Below, one piece after another: positions 49,303 to 60,047 of a DNA stretch of 64,000 nt (the first letter of the stretch is position 1; each line of letters begins with the position of its first letter). The position numbers were made by a program, and so were the translations under genes. Source of the DNA: Acidobacteriota bacterium (GTDB lineage Bacteria > Acidobacteriota > UBA6911 > RPQK01 > JAJDTT01); NCBI GenBank assembly GCA_965263035.1, contig OZ253580.1, forward strand, positions 5,312,001-5,376,000, read 5' to 3'. Under the pieces are notes generated by a model, which worked only from the letters and a program-made list of their open reading frames with translations, was not told where the DNA came from and made no database searches.

Positions 49303-51063
49303 TCAGTCACCCAGGACGTTGTTTCGAATGCCGAAGATGTTGTGCGGATCGGTGGCCCGTTTGATCTCTTTCAGGAGCCGAATACCGCGGGAAGAGAGAG
49401 TATGTTTCATGAAATCACTACGGAGTTTTCCGACTCCGTGGTGGTGGGAAATGGACCCGCCCGCGTCGATGATGGACTGGCGTAGCGAGTGCTCGACCTG
49501 GCTGAAGATCGTTTCCGGGTCCCGCACCCCCTTGGCGTAGAAGCCGAACATGAAGTAAATGCAGACTCCCGTGTGGTAGACCTGGGTGATTCGATAGGAG
49601 ACGTAGGGCCGTCCCGGCAGGTCCAGTTCCTGGTGTCTGGCCAGAGCTCCAGCCACGACGGCGTCGCAGACCTGGTGGATGCGGTCCCAGGACACCGAGG
49701 TCTCGAACGTCTCTCCCAGAATGTGGAAATCCGACAGAAAGTCCCGGATGTAGGCGATGGCGAAGGTGAGCCGATAGCCGCGGCGCCCGTTTTCGGCTCC
49801 GCCCGGCAGACCTCCGTACTTCTTGGCCAGCTTGTAGAGGCCGCTCTCCTGAAAGGAGACCTCTTCGTGGGACCCTTCCATGAGGATGGTCGCGGCGGAC
49901 ATCTGATGGGGATCGAATCCCTTGACCTTGAGCAAAAAGAATTTCTTCAGCTTGTCCAACCAAGCCGCCGATCCGGTGGCCCTTGGCTTGAGCGCCTGGC
50001 CGAAACGGAATTGGACGTTGTCCACCAGACGGATGCTGGCAGGTACATAACTGGTTTCAGCCAGGCTCCGAAGGAAGGAAACCCCCTTGGCAAAGTCGGG
50101 AAAGACGAGGGAGCCGTACTTGCGGACCTGGGGCAGGGGATGGATCTTGATGACGGCGCTGGTGATGAGGCCCAGGTTGCCTTCGCTCCCAAAGAAAAGA
50201 TTCTGGGGCTGCATCCCCATGGAGACCCGCGGTGACGCCGTCAGATGCTCAACCCGGCCGGTGGGTGTGATCAGCATCACTTTTTCGACGATATCCTCGA
50301 TGTTGCCGTATCGATTTTTCTTCATGCCGCTGGCATGGGTGGCGATCCATCCGCCGAGAGTCGAGAGTTCGATGCTGTCGGGCTCGTGGCCGGAGACGTA
50401 ACCGGCCTCGCCGAGCCGGCGTTCCAGTTCCTCACCCGTGATTCCCGCCTGGACCAGGGCCCGTTGGTTCTCGCGATCGATCCACTCGACGCGATTCATC
50501 CGGCTCATGTCCACTGAAACGATCATGCGTTTTTCAGAAGCGGGAAGCTTCAGGGCACAACTGACGCTGGTGCCGCCTCCGTAGGGAACGAGGCAGACGT
50601 CGTTGGTCCGGGCCAGTGCCACCAGCATCGCGCAGTCCTTTTCCGCTTCGGGGTAGACGACCATGTCGGCGACGCGGTCGAGCCGGGAGTAGATGACCCG
50701 GAAGACTTCGTCGGCACTGGTCTGGCCGTGACTGTGGACCAGTCTCTCTCGATCGTCGAAGGTGAATTGGTTGGGACGGTAATACGTTGGCAGACGCCGG
50801 CAGAACCGGCCATTTTTAATGGGAGCGGGAACCGGTTTGGGGTTGACCTCCTGACGCTTTTCTTTGAAATCGGGATCGAGTCCCAGGACTTCTCTCACAT
50901 AGGGGAGGAAGTCGTGCATCTTGTATCCGCACAGTTCGTATCGATTACCGGTGAGCATCACGGAGTCGTCGTCGTTGCGGACGAATCGGGTGTCGGCAAA
51001 TCCCCAACGGTGTCCCCAAGTCGGATCGGTGCTCCGGCTGGCCATCACTATTTTCCGTTCCAT
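49303..51063 (-). CDS. agpS: Alkylglycerone-phosphate (alkyl-DHAP) synthase, FAD-linked
   Basis: GGGTSVS, GHEPDS.E.STLGGW.AT.ASGMKKN.YGNIED, GSEG.LG, PASIRL.DN.QF.FG.ALKP, GGSISHHHGVGKLR. Confidence 0.9.
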   Translation of the reverse strand: MERKIVMASRSTDPTWGHRWGFADTRFVRNDDDSVMLTGNRYELCGYKMHDFLPYVREVLGLDPDFKEKRQEVNPKPVPAPIKNGRFCRRLPTYYRPNQFTFDDRERLVHSHGQTSADEVFRVIYSRLDRVADMVVYPEAEKDCAMLVALARTNDVCLVPYGGGTSVSCALKLPASEKRMIVSVDMSRMNRVEWIDRENQRALVQAGITGEELERRLGEAGYVSGHEPDSIELSTLGGWIATHASGMKKNRYGNIEDIVEKVMLITPTGRVEHLTASPRVSMGMQPQNLFFGSEGNLGLITSAVIKIHPLPQVRKYGSLVFPDFAKGVSFLRSLAETSYVPASIRLVDNVQFRFGQALKPRATGSAAWLDKLKKFFLLKVKGFDPHQMSAATILMEGSHEEVSFQESGLYKLAKKYGGLPGGAENGRRGYRLTFAIAYIRDFLSDFHILGETFETSVSWDRIHQVCDAVVAGALARHQELDLPGRPYVSYRITQVYHTGVCIYFMFGFYAKGVRDPETIFSQVEHSLRQSIIDAGGSISHHHGVGKLRSDFMKHTLSSRGIRLLKEIKRATDPHNIFGIRNNVLGD

Positions 51064-51257
51064 TCGGTTTGCCCGGTCATTCGCCGAAGGACGCCAGCGG
51101 ATCGGGACGCCGATTCCGGTGTTTCCAAGTGTGATTGTTCACACTGAACGGGTGATGCGCAACTCCGGGCGTGTCGTTTCAGGAGAGACGGCCGGCATTC
51201 CACAGCAAAAACACTGCGACCGTCCGCAAAGCGGCCGGTTTGCCCAGCGCCGTCCGT

Positions 51258-52124
51258 TCAACGGACGAATCGGAACCGAACTTCCCGGCGGGAGTGCGCC
51301 TGCCACCAGGTCTGGAAGTCATCAGAGGGTCGAATCTCCAGGTTGAGGATACGGGCGCGAAGGGTGACTGTCAGCGGGTGCTGATCGAAGGGGTACGGGT
51401 CGATGACGACTCGGAATTCGGCCGCCGGACGGACCCTGAGCGAGACTCGATCGTTCCAGCTCGTGCGCGGAATCTCGCGGAGGGTTCGTTCCTTGTCTCC
51501 GCCGAAGCAGAGGTGGAGCGAGAGGGCGTCGCAGAGTTGCAGAAGGCGGAGGTGGGGGTACAGGTGCCACGGCTCGACGGCGGCGGCCCATTCGGGATCG
51601 CCTTTGATGCGATCCACGAGGAGCTCCTGCAGGACATGTTGTTCGGCAACGAACTGCTTGGCTTCTTCCAGCTCTCCACCGTCGGGTGAAGGCCAATCAG
51701 CAGGGCTGCCGAAGAGCGGGTGGAGGAACTCGGGTGAGTCCTCGGCTTGGACGCGGGGCGCGTGCAGCCAGTAGGCGTGCAAGCTGATGAGTAGCGCGAC
51801 GTAGGGATGGTCGCCCCCGAAGCGGGATACGCCCAGGCTCCAGCGTTGGAGACCGTCGGAATGCCTGAGGCTCATCAGATCCAAAGGGAGGCCGTCGGCG
51901 GGGTCGATCCGAGGGTCGGCCTCCCATTCCCACCAACCGTTGTCGTGCTCGGCGATGGCGAGGACGCTTTCGGCTCGCAGCCGTTCGGGATCGGGACAGG
52001 GTGCGAATCGGCCGGGGCGGGCGAATTCGTCGTTGCCCCAGTGAGCGGCCAGGTAACCGGCGGCGGCGGCGTGGTCGGGCTGCGAGATGCACCACAGTTC
52101 GTCGCCGACCGTGCGTTTCAGCAT
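51258..52124 (-). CDS. DUF3891 family protein
   Basis: ISQPDHA..AG.LA.HWGN, AIAEHDNGW, LQLCDALSL, DPYPF. Confidence 0.8.
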   Translation of the reverse strand: MLKRTVGDELWCISQPDHAAAAGYLAAHWGNDEFARPGRFAPCPDPERLRAESVLAIAEHDNGWWEWEADPRIDPADGLPLDLMSLRHSDGLQRWSLGVSRFGGDHPYVALLISLHAYWLHAPRVQAEDSPEFLHPLFGSPADWPSPDGGELEEAKQFVAEQHVLQELLVDRIKGDPEWAAAVEPWHLYPHLRLLQLCDALSLHLCFGGDKERTLREIPRTSWNDRVSLRVRPAAEFRVVIDPYPFDQHPLTVTLRARILNLEIRPSDDFQTWWQAHSRREVRFRFVR

Positions 52125-52160
52125 GGTTCCTCGGAACGGGTGATTCTCAACTCTGGGGGA

Positions 52161-52364
52161 TCAGGGTCTTGAGAGGCGGCCGGCCTTCCACAGTAGGAAG
52201 GTTGCCGTCGCCAGCAGAAACACGGTCAACAGCAGCTTCACCTCCCACAACGCGTAGGTGTAGTAAAAGGAAGCCAGCAGCAGGACGCCCACCAGTAACA
52301 GGAGCCATCCGCTGTAACGGTATTCGCCACGCAGTTTCCGCCGCTGGTTCTCTCCGGTTTCCAT
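52161..52364 (-). CDS. Small two-TM membrane protein
   Basis: Two hydrophobic segments in 67 aa. Confidence 0.45.
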   Translation of the reverse strand: METGENQRRKLRGEYRYSGWLLLLVGVLLLASFYYTYALWEVKLLLTVFLLATATFLLWKAGRLSRP

Positions 52365-52623
52365 GTCTCTGGGAGCGTAGCAGCCTGAGGCCCAAGTCTC
52401 CACCACACCAGCCCGTGGCGAAAGTCGTCACGGCATTCGACCGTCCCTGCATCGTGCGCGGACTGCGTTGCTATCGGCTCACATACTCCCGGTGTGCTCC
52501 CTCCGTTGCGCCTTGTCCGGCGGGCGCAGGACCGGTCTCGGTGCTCGCGGGACTTTCACCACGGACTGGTACAGCCGGCGACGGCAGGTTGGCGCTGGTT
52601 ACCGGAACCAGGATTCCTCGGGG

Positions 52624-53514
52624 TCAGGATCCCGGAACCGGCTGCAGGTTTTCCTTGTCCGTATTGGAAATGAGAAGGCGATGCCGGAGTGAGGCCAGCG
52701 TCCGCTTCATGGACCTTCTGGCGATCGATCTCACGATGGGGGCTACGATCGGTTTGAAGATGACGGGATAGCCGCGGCTCAAGGACAGTGATTCGCACTC
52801 CACCACGACGCCGCCATCGACCTGCTGGTATCTCCAATAGGAATTGAGGCGCCAAAGGAATCCGCGATCCAGTCCGGGAATCTTCTCCCGTTCTTGAGGC
52901 GTGTGGAGTTTCTCCAACTCGGCGATTCGGGTGGCCATGCTACGACTGGAAGCCCGGAACGGGTCGTGCCAGCGGTAGCGGACCAGGTGTTCCGTGTTGT
53001 AGGCGACGGTGACGATCTTCTTGCGGACCAACTTCAGGTAGATGCGCAGAGAGTCCTGGTCCCGGTCCAAGATCCTCGTCTCCAACACGTCCTTCTGTGG
53101 AGGCACTCGGGGGTCCGGATAGCGTAGACGATGAATGACCTGTTCCAGCCGGACGGAGGGGATCAGAATGGTCCCCCGCCAGTGGTGGATCATTCCACCG
53201 GGGACTTTGATGGCTCGCCCCCGGGGATCCTCCGTTTCCATCCGGGAGACCATGACCTGACCCGAATGGACCGATTGCCAAGTCACATTCGCCTCGCTCG
53301 GTCTCCCGAATTCGTGAATGAAGAACCCTTTCTCGGATGCCAGCTCACTCCCGATTCTATCCTCGGTGAGTCGAACGTATCGGTCCCAGGCCAGCAGGGT
53401 TTCGGGTTTCAACTCGGCTCCCTGAACCGGTGAGTCCAAACCCAGGATGGAAACCGTGGCCAGGATCATGGCTGCCTGTGCCAGTCTGCTCTTGATCAAC
53501 GGATTCGGGTTCAT
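52624..53514 (-). CDS. Secreted hypothetical protein (START/SRPBCC-like guess); paralogue of 57066
   Basis: Signal peptide; PGG.IHHW.G, NTEH, GFLWRLNSYW, ECESLSLSR. Confidence 0.75.
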   Translation of the reverse strand: MNPNPLIKSRLAQAAMILATVSILGLDSPVQGAELKPETLLAWDRYVRLTEDRIGSELASEKGFFIHEFGRPSEANVTWQSVHSGQVMVSRMETEDPRGRAIKVPGGMIHHWRGTILIPSVRLEQVIHRLRYPDPRVPPQKDVLETRILDRDQDSLRIYLKLVRKKIVTVAYNTEHLVRYRWHDPFRASSRSMATRIAELEKLHTPQEREKIPGLDRGFLWRLNSYWRYQQVDGGVVVECESLSLSRGYPVIFKPIVAPIVRSIARRSMKRTLASLRHRLLISNTDKENLQPVPGS

Positions 53515-53515
53515 T

Positions 53516-53926
53516 TCAGTCCTCCTCGGCGGCCTGTTTGAAGACCAGCCAATGGCTGGAAAAGTAGTTCAACGTGGAGCATGAGGCGATGGCCATCAGG
53601 TTGGCCGGAAGGTAGTGCAGATTCAGACCGGCCACCAGGAGCTCCATCAGAAACAGGTTCTGGACGATGGAGACGGTGCCGACCGTCATATTGAATCGTA
53701 GCAACCGGCTCAGAACGCTCGTATCCGCTGTTGCCGTGCGGTCCGACCAGGTCCAACGGTCGTGCCAACAGAAATTGTGAAGCACGGCGATTTCGACCGC
53801 CAGTGCAGTGGCCGGGAGATAGTGCAGGTTCCAGACTCCGCGCAGAAACATAAGCACGGCGATCTGAACCATCACTCCCATCAGACCGACGGTGTTGAAA
53901 CGAGCCCAGCGCATCAAATGTTCCAT
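53516..53926 (-). CDS. GtrA family flippase-like protein
   Basis: RFNTVG..G, AVEIAVLHNF..HDRWTW, NY...H.LVF. Confidence 0.88.
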   Translation of the reverse strand: MEHLMRWARFNTVGLMGVMVQIAVLMFLRGVWNLHYLPATALAVEIAVLHNFCWHDRWTWSDRTATADTSVLSRLLRFNMTVGTVSIVQNLFLMELLVAGLNLHYLPANLMAIASCSTLNYFSSHWLVFKQAAEED

Positions 53927-53937
53927 CTCAGGTGTCC

Positions 53938-54714
53938 TCAGGTCCGGTCGCGGTGAGATCCGGGGAAAGCCGATCCGATCGGACCAAATCCGGTCGAGGG
54001 GAACCGGGGCAAGCTGATGGGAAGGGACGGCTGCAACCGTGGCCGGGGTTCGGCGCGGTACAGCCTTCGAGTATGTCGGAGGGCCGAGACGGTGAACGTC
54101 AGGGCCAGTCCCAGGATACCGACCAGTCCCCCCACGTCGAAGAGGTTGAAGCTTCCCAGTTCTCCCAGTCCCACCACCGGCTTGTAGATGACGAAAATCG
54201 TACCCGTGGCCAGCAGGAGTCGCAGTTCCGTCGGTCCGACCTTCAGGAAGGAGAGCCGAAAAACGCCCAGGACATGGCTGGCGAGATAGATTTCGGCAGA
54301 GACCAGCAGATACGCGATCAGGAGACCGAGTCCGATGACAGGGCTCATGAATTCGGATGCAGCGAGGCCTCCCAGGAGAAACAGGGTGCCGACCAGATCC
54401 AGGACGTGATCGACGTAATAGCCGTAACGTGGCCGTTGCTGTTTACGGACGCGGGCCAGAGTGCCGTCCAGGCTGTCTCCGAACCAGTTCAGAACCAGGC
54501 CCGCTATGACCAGGACCAAGGCCCGCCGGTCCCAGGACGCCGCCCAGTAGGAGAGGCCCACTCCCAGCATTGCCAGGACTCCCAGCAGGCTCAGATGATC
54601 CGCGTTGACCCAGGCCGGAAGTCGCCGTGCGATCCAGACCAGAAGTCTTTTTTCGGCGGAGGCCAGGATGCTGTCGTGGTGCCGAACGTGTTTGAAACCC
54701 TTTTGTCTCTCCAT
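53938..54714 (-). CDS. CDP-alcohol phosphatidyltransferase
   Basis: DSLDGTLAR.....YG.YVDHVLD signature. Confidence 0.9.
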   Translation of the reverse strand: MERQKGFKHVRHHDSILASAEKRLLVWIARRLPAWVNADHLSLLGVLAMLGVGLSYWAASWDRRALVLVIAGLVLNWFGDSLDGTLARVRKQQRPRYGYYVDHVLDLVGTLFLLGGLAASEFMSPVIGLGLLIAYLLVSAEIYLASHVLGVFRLSFLKVGPTELRLLLATGTIFVIYKPVVGLGELGSFNLFDVGGLVGILGLALTFTVSALRHTRRLYRAEPRPRLQPSLPISLPRFPSTGFGPIGSAFPGSHRDRT

Positions 54715-54820
54715 GAAACCTCCTCTTTGGTTTTCGTCAGCAACCAGTGAACTGCCGGGTTGTTCGCCGGCAGTGATTGGGCGCACTGACAGGGAATGTG
54801 AGAAAGGCGGGGGAAAGGGC

Positions 54821-56362
54821 TCAGTCCAGGTGGGAGGATCGGTCGGATGAAGAGGGGGCTGGTGGCATTCCCGGCTTGAAAACGGCGTGCTCGGTGGCCG
54901 GCTCGACCACCAGGAAGACCACCGTGTAACTGATGGCAACCGCAGCCAGGCATCCGGCGAGGAGTTGTTCCTGGGTGACGATCAGGGCGGCTGCGAGGAG
55001 AAGACACAGAGAGAAGAGTCCATCGACCCGTTGTTTCCACCCGCCGACCCGGTCCAGTTCCGCTTCGATGGCGGATCGGTTGAACCGTGCGGTGAACAGG
55101 AGGTGGGTGCGGATGGTGCCGTTGCACAGGGCACATCCCAGCACCAGAAAGAAAAGGACCAGGGGCAATAACTGGACGCCGGGCGGCTGGGAGGCGGCCT
55201 GTTTGAATTCCCAGACCCCGTAGACCATCACGGCGTAAAGTAGGATCACGGCAGATTGGTGGAAGACCCACCAACCACCATGGAGCGATTCACGGGATTC
55301 GAAAGCTTCCTTGGGTTTGCCTCTGATCTCCGATTCCAGGCGCTGCACCTGCTCCAGGAGTTTCCCGGTGGATGGGAAACGGTCGGCGGGATCCTTTTCG
55401 AGACAACGCAAGAGGAGCGGTTCCAGCACGGAAGGCGGTCCGATGGCGTCCGAACGGCCGGGTCTGCTCTCCAGGATCCGGGCCACCGTTGCCAATGGCG
55501 TCTTACCTTCGAACGGATGACGTCCCGTGGCCAGCTCGTACAAGAGCACGCCGAACGAGAAAATGTCGGAGCGGAAGTCGGCTTCCTGACCCTCCAATTG
55601 TTCCGGAGCCATGTAGACGGGGGTTCCCAGAACGGTTCCGGTCTGGGTCAAACGTTGGCTCTGGGAGGGTTCCAGTGTGGGAAGAGCCAAACCGAAGTCG
55701 ACGATCTTCAGATTGCCTTCGACATCCAATAGCACGTTCTCAGGTTTGAGGTCTCGATGAATCACGCCGTTGGAGTGGGCGGCCACCAGACCCCTGCACA
55801 CCTGTATGGCCACCCGCAGGAGTTCGGCGAGGGGAAGAGGCCCCTGGTCGATTCGTGATCTCAGATTCTCTCCTTCGACGTACTCCCCCACAATGAATAG
55901 TCCATCATCGAATTCCTCCAAGGCGTAGACGGCTGCGATGGCGGGATGATTCAGGGAAGCCGCGACCTTGGCCTCACGGCGAAGCCGTCGGCGCTGTTCG
56001 TCATTGCGGCCCACCAGGGGAGAGACGGCCTTGAGAGCCACGGTGCGGTCCAGCCGGGTATCGATGGCACGGTAGACGACGCCCATGCCACCCCGCCCGG
56101 CCTCCCCGAGTATCCGGTACGGGCCCAAAGTGGTCCCCTCCGTCAGGAGACGTCCTGATGCTTCCAGGGAGTCCTCTTGAAACAGGTTCCCGTCGAGGAA
56201 GGTGGTGTTGGGGTCGTGGTGGGACAGGAGCGACAGGACCTCCCGGGTCAGGTCCGTGTCTGGAGAACATGCCCGCCGGACAAATTCCTCACGCGATTCC
56301 GAACCCTGTTCCAAGGCGGCTTGGAAGATCTCCTTGACTCGCCGAAACGTTTTCGGGTTCAC
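54821..56362 (-). CDS. Ser/Thr protein kinase with C-terminal TM helices
   Basis: GRGGMGVVY, VALK, HRDLKPEN, DFG, GTPVYMAPE; GTGA overlap with the sigma gene. Confidence 0.93.
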   Translation of the reverse strand: MNPKTFRRVKEIFQAALEQGSESREEFVRRACSPDTDLTREVLSLLSHHDPNTTFLDGNLFQEDSLEASGRLLTEGTTLGPYRILGEAGRGGMGVVYRAIDTRLDRTVALKAVSPLVGRNDEQRRRLRREAKVAASLNHPAIAAVYALEEFDDGLFIVGEYVEGENLRSRIDQGPLPLAELLRVAIQVCRGLVAAHSNGVIHRDLKPENVLLDVEGNLKIVDFGLALPTLEPSQSQRLTQTGTVLGTPVYMAPEQLEGQEADFRSDIFSFGVLLYELATGRHPFEGKTPLATVARILESRPGRSDAIGPPSVLEPLLLRCLEKDPADRFPSTGKLLEQVQRLESEIRGKPKEAFESRESLHGGWWVFHQSAVILLYAVMVYGVWEFKQAASQPPGVQLLPLVLFFLVLGCALCNGTIRTHLLFTARFNRSAIEAELDRVGGWKQRVDGLFSLCLLLAAALIVTQEQLLAGCLAAVAISYTVVFLVVEPATEHAVFKPGMPPAPSSSDRSSHLD

Positions 56363-56967
56363 GCGCTCAACTCGCGTCGCAACCAGGCCCTGGAGAGGGC
56401 CCACCAACGTTTGGTGGTGGCGGGTGAGATGCCCATGACCTCGCTGGTTTCGGCCAGGGTCAGACCCCCGAAGAACCTGAGCTCGACCAGTTGGGCCTGC
56501 TTCGGGTCCAACTCGGCAAGAGCCCGGAGCGCCTGGTCCAGCGCCAGGAAATCGATGGATCGAGCGCTCTGGCCCAGGGTCTCGTCGATCAGGGTGACGG
56601 CATGCTGCCCGCCGCCCCGCTTCTGGGCGTTTCTCGCCCGCGCCCGCTCCACCAGAATCTGCCGCATGGAACGGGCCGCGATACCCAACAGGTGGGCTCT
56701 GTCCTTCCAATGCAACCTCTCTTCGCCGAGGAGACGAAGGTACGCTTCGTGGACCAGGGCCGTGGCGCGTAACGTCTGGCGGGCCTCCCGGCGCATGTAC
56801 ATCCCGGCCAGCCCTCTCAATTCCCGGTAGACGACAGGGAAGAGTCGAGCCAGCGCGTGCTCGTTTCCGGACCTGGATTCCCGGATCAGACCCGCCACCA
56901 TCTGGGAATTGTCGGGCACGAACTCACTCCTTGCCGCCGGGGAATCGCTTCCCGCGTCGCCCCGCAA
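56359..56967 (-). CDS. ECF sigma factor (STK-associated, TIGR02999-like)
   Basis: VYRELR.LA, TALVHEAYLRL, MRQILVE.AR, VELRFFGGLT. Confidence 0.92.
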   Translation of the reverse strand: MRGDAGSDSPAARSEFVPDNSQMVAGLIRESRSGNEHALARLFPVVYRELRGLAGMYMRREARQTLRATALVHEAYLRLLGEERLHWKDRAHLLGIAARSMRQILVERARARNAQKRGGGQHAVTLIDETLGQSARSIDFLALDQALRALAELDPKQAQLVELRFFGGLTLAETSEVMGISPATTKRWWALSRAWLRRELSA

Positions 56968-57065
56968 TACGGCGGCCGACGGCCATCATATCAGCCGCGG
57001 TTCTCATCGCGGTCGCAGGAATGCTCTCCTCGCTCCGTAAAGATTCCCAAGCATCCCTTCTTCTC

Positions 57066-57890
57066 TCACTCCTGACTTCCGATTCCCCTTCCGACCTTGT
57101 CCATCGCCGCCTGACGAGTGCCTCGGAGGGTGTTCCGGAGAGCCTGCTGGGGGACGCTTGACACGAGCGGTTTGAGCATCCATCGGAGCGCAAAGGGAAT
57201 CCTCCGGGAGAGGGACACGGCCCAACACTCGGCGACGATGCCTCCCTCCCTCTGTTCCAGGTGCCAATAGGCGTTCAAGCGCCACATGAAACCTCGGTCG
57301 TTGCCCACCGGCAGTTCTCGCTCCTTCGGCTTTCCCGCATCCTTGACCTCGGCGATTCTGGTGCTGTTCGACACCCCGCGCCAGCGTTTCGGGGACACCT
57401 GCGAATAGACGACTTCGTGCTCCGTGTTGAAGATCACAGTCAGGATCTTCTTCATCCTGAGACGCTGATACCCTCGAATCTTGTCGCCGTCACGTTCCAG
57501 GAGCCTGGAATCCAGAACCTCCGGGTACCATTCCTTGTGGCGTTCGAAATCCTTCAGCACCGAGAGCACGTCGGCGAATGCGGCGCCGGGGATGAATACT
57601 GCCCCCAGCCAGACGTGGATCCTTCCTCCCGGGATTTCAGGGAGATCCTTCAGTTCGTCGATCAGAATCCGTCCGTGCTTCAACGCGGACCAATGTGCAG
57701 GGTCCCGGTCGGACCAGAGGAAGGGCATCTCGCCTCTGAACCGCTTTCCGAAATTGGTCTCCAACTCCCGCACATACTGGTCGTATCCCTGAATGGTCTC
57801 CGGTTTCAGTTGGGCCGCGGCCTGCACCCACCCCCCCATGATCAACAGGAGAGTGGCGGCGGCGTGAATTCCAAGTCGGCTCGAAACCAA
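57066..57890 (-). CDS. Secreted hypothetical protein, paralogue of 52624
   Basis: [32 protein letters not shown]. Confidence 0.72.
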   Translation of the reverse strand: MVSSRLGIHAAATLLLIMGGWVQAAAQLKPETIQGYDQYVRELETNFGKRFRGEMPFLWSDRDPAHWSALKHGRILIDELKDLPEIPGGRIHVWLGAVFIPGAAFADVLSVLKDFERHKEWYPEVLDSRLLERDGDKIRGYQRLRMKKILTVIFNTEHEVVYSQVSPKRWRGVSNSTRIAEVKDAGKPKERELPVGNDRGFMWRLNAYWHLEQREGGIVAECWAVSLSRRIPFALRWMLKPLVSSVPQQALRNTLRGTRQAAMDKVGRGIGSQE

Positions 57891-58125
57891 GGATTCTCGC
57901 TCCTGAATATTTCCCCGGCCCTTCCCCCGCCGCCGCCGGTGCGTGAGGGATGGGTCGTCCGGGAAAATAGTACGCTATTCTTCCAAATCGGGGATGCACG
58001 ATCGACGTTCGGCGTCGCGTCCATCCGGCTGCTGCAACTCCGGGTCCGCCGTTGGCACACTTCGATGGAGTGTGTGATGATTTCTTGCGGGTTCATGTCG
58101 CATCGGTGCCGGTTGTTCCCCAGCT

Positions 58126-58522
58126 TTGACCTGAAGCAACGATGGCTGTTGGAACGGACACTGGTGATCTGGGGAGGCGATTTCGGCCGGACTCCCATGG
58201 TGGAAAGCAACTTGGCGCTGGGCCGAAAGATGGGCCGGGATCATCATCCCCAGGCTTTGGCGATTTGAATTGCGGGGGGAGGCCTCAAGCTGGGTCAGAC
58301 GATCGCCGCAGCGACGATCCGGGATTCCACATCGTGGAGAATCCCATCCGCGTCCACGACCTTCAGGCCACGATTTTGCACCTCCCGGGGTTCGACCACA
58401 CGGGTTTGACGTTCCGTTTCAAGGGACGCGATTTTCGGCTGACGGACGTGGGAGGAAGAGTGATTCACGATATCCTGGAGCGAGCGTCCTTCTTCTCCTT
58501 AGCGCCGCCGAATCTGTCTTGA
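58126..58522 (+). pseudogene. DUF1501 3' fragment, frameshifted
   Basis: [28 protein letters not shown], stop and frameshift, then [17 protein letters not shown]. Confidence 0.75.
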
Positions 58523-58534
58523 AGTGAGATCGGT

Positions 58535-59872
58535 ATGCCTCGAAAAACCTTGGTGATTATTTTTCTGCTCCTGTCCACTTCCTGGGCGGAGGACCGGAAA
58601 TCGGGAGAGGCGGTCAGATACTGGCCTCAATGGAGAGGGCCGCTGGGGACCGGCGTCGCGCCTGAGGCGGATCCTCCGGTGCACTGGAGCGAATCCAGGA
58701 ACCTTCTATGGAAGAAGGTCCTGCCGGGACTCGGGCACTCGACCCCCATTCTCTGGGGCCATCGGATATTCGTGACCGCAGCGGTCCCAACGGGCGATGC
58801 GCTGAAGCCCGTCTATGACGACGCACCCGGCTCCCACGGCAACCTTCCGGTCACCCACCGGCAGCGATTCGTGGTTCTGGCTCTCGACCGAGGCAGCGGG
58901 AAAGTCCTCTGGGAACGGACCGTACACACCCGCCTACCCCACGAAGGTGGGCACTACACCTCCAGTCTGGCCTCGGCCTCTCCGATCACCGACGGCGAGC
59001 ACCTTCTGGCTTACTTCGGCTCCCAGGGGATCTACTGTTTCAGTCTGGAGGGTGAGCTGCAGTGGGAAAAGCAGATGGGGACCATGCGGACCAAACACGG
59101 ACACGGAGAAGGGAGCTCTCCGGTCCTGTACGGGGAGACGCTGGTCATCAACTGGGACCACGAGGGTCAATCTTTCGTCGTCGCGCTGGACAAGAGAACC
59201 GGGAAGGAACTTTGGAAGATCCCCAGGAAAGAGGTGACCTCTTGGGCGACCCCCATAGCCGTCGAGCAGGACGGAGTGGCTCAGGTCATCGTCGCCGGTA
59301 CGAGCCGGGTCCGCGGATACCACCTGGGAACGGGCGAAGTGATCTGGGAATGTGGCGGGCTGGCGGCCAATATCGTGGCCTCTCCTGTGGCAGAAGATGG
59401 AATGGCGTTTGTGGGCAGCAGCTACGACAAGAGGGTTCTGCTCGCGATCCGTCTGTCCGGTGCGCGGGGAGACATCACGGGGACGGACCGGGTGCCGTGG
59501 ACCCGGAGACGCACCACACCGTACGTTCCTTCGCCCCTGCTGTATGACGGCGTCCTCTATTTCCTGGCGCACTACCAGAGCGTTTTGACCCGGGTTGACG
59601 CCCGGACCGGCCAGGAGCGGCCCGGACCCTTGCGTCTTCCCGGCATCGGCAACGTCTACGCCTCTCCAGTGGCCGCGGCAGAACGGATCTACGTCACGGA
59701 CCTCAGTGGGGCCACCCTGGTCCTGAGTCATTCCGAGACTCCGGAGGCGCTCGCGGTCAACCGGCTGGAAGACAGCTTCAGTGCTTCGGCGGCGCTGGCC
59801 GGCCGGCAACTGTATCTGCGGGGAGAAAAGAACCTCTACGCTATCGGACCCGCTCCCGTAACTGCCCCTTGA
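58535..59872 (+). CDS. PQQ-like beta-propeller protein
   Basis: WPQWRGP, PGLGHSTP, repeated G..LW units. Confidence 0.9.
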   Translation: MPRKTLVIIFLLLSTSWAEDRKSGEAVRYWPQWRGPLGTGVAPEADPPVHWSESRNLLWKKVLPGLGHSTPILWGHRIFVTAAVPTGDALKPVYDDAPGSHGNLPVTHRQRFVVLALDRGSGKVLWERTVHTRLPHEGGHYTSSLASASPITDGEHLLAYFGSQGIYCFSLEGELQWEKQMGTMRTKHGHGEGSSPVLYGETLVINWDHEGQSFVVALDKRTGKELWKIPRKEVTSWATPIAVEQDGVAQVIVAGTSRVRGYHLGTGEVIWECGGLAANIVASPVAEDGMAFVGSSYDKRVLLAIRLSGARGDITGTDRVPWTRRRTTPYVPSPLLYDGVLYFLAHYQSVLTRVDARTGQERPGPLRLPGIGNVYASPVAAAERIYVTDLSGATLVLSHSETPEALAVNRLEDSFSASAALAGRQLYLRGEKNLYAIGPAPVTAP

Positions 59873-60047
59873 AGACCTCTCCAATTCACGGCAAGCGCTC
59901 TGCCGGATCGGAATCCAATCGGACCTCCACGGGCGATGTTGTCCTTTGGACAGCAGGGCGAACTCGCAGTTCCGGCCGAGAATTGGCGGAGTGCCGCGAG
60001 CTTCGGCTACACTGGCGGCCCACAAATCTCCAATCATCCGGAAGACC

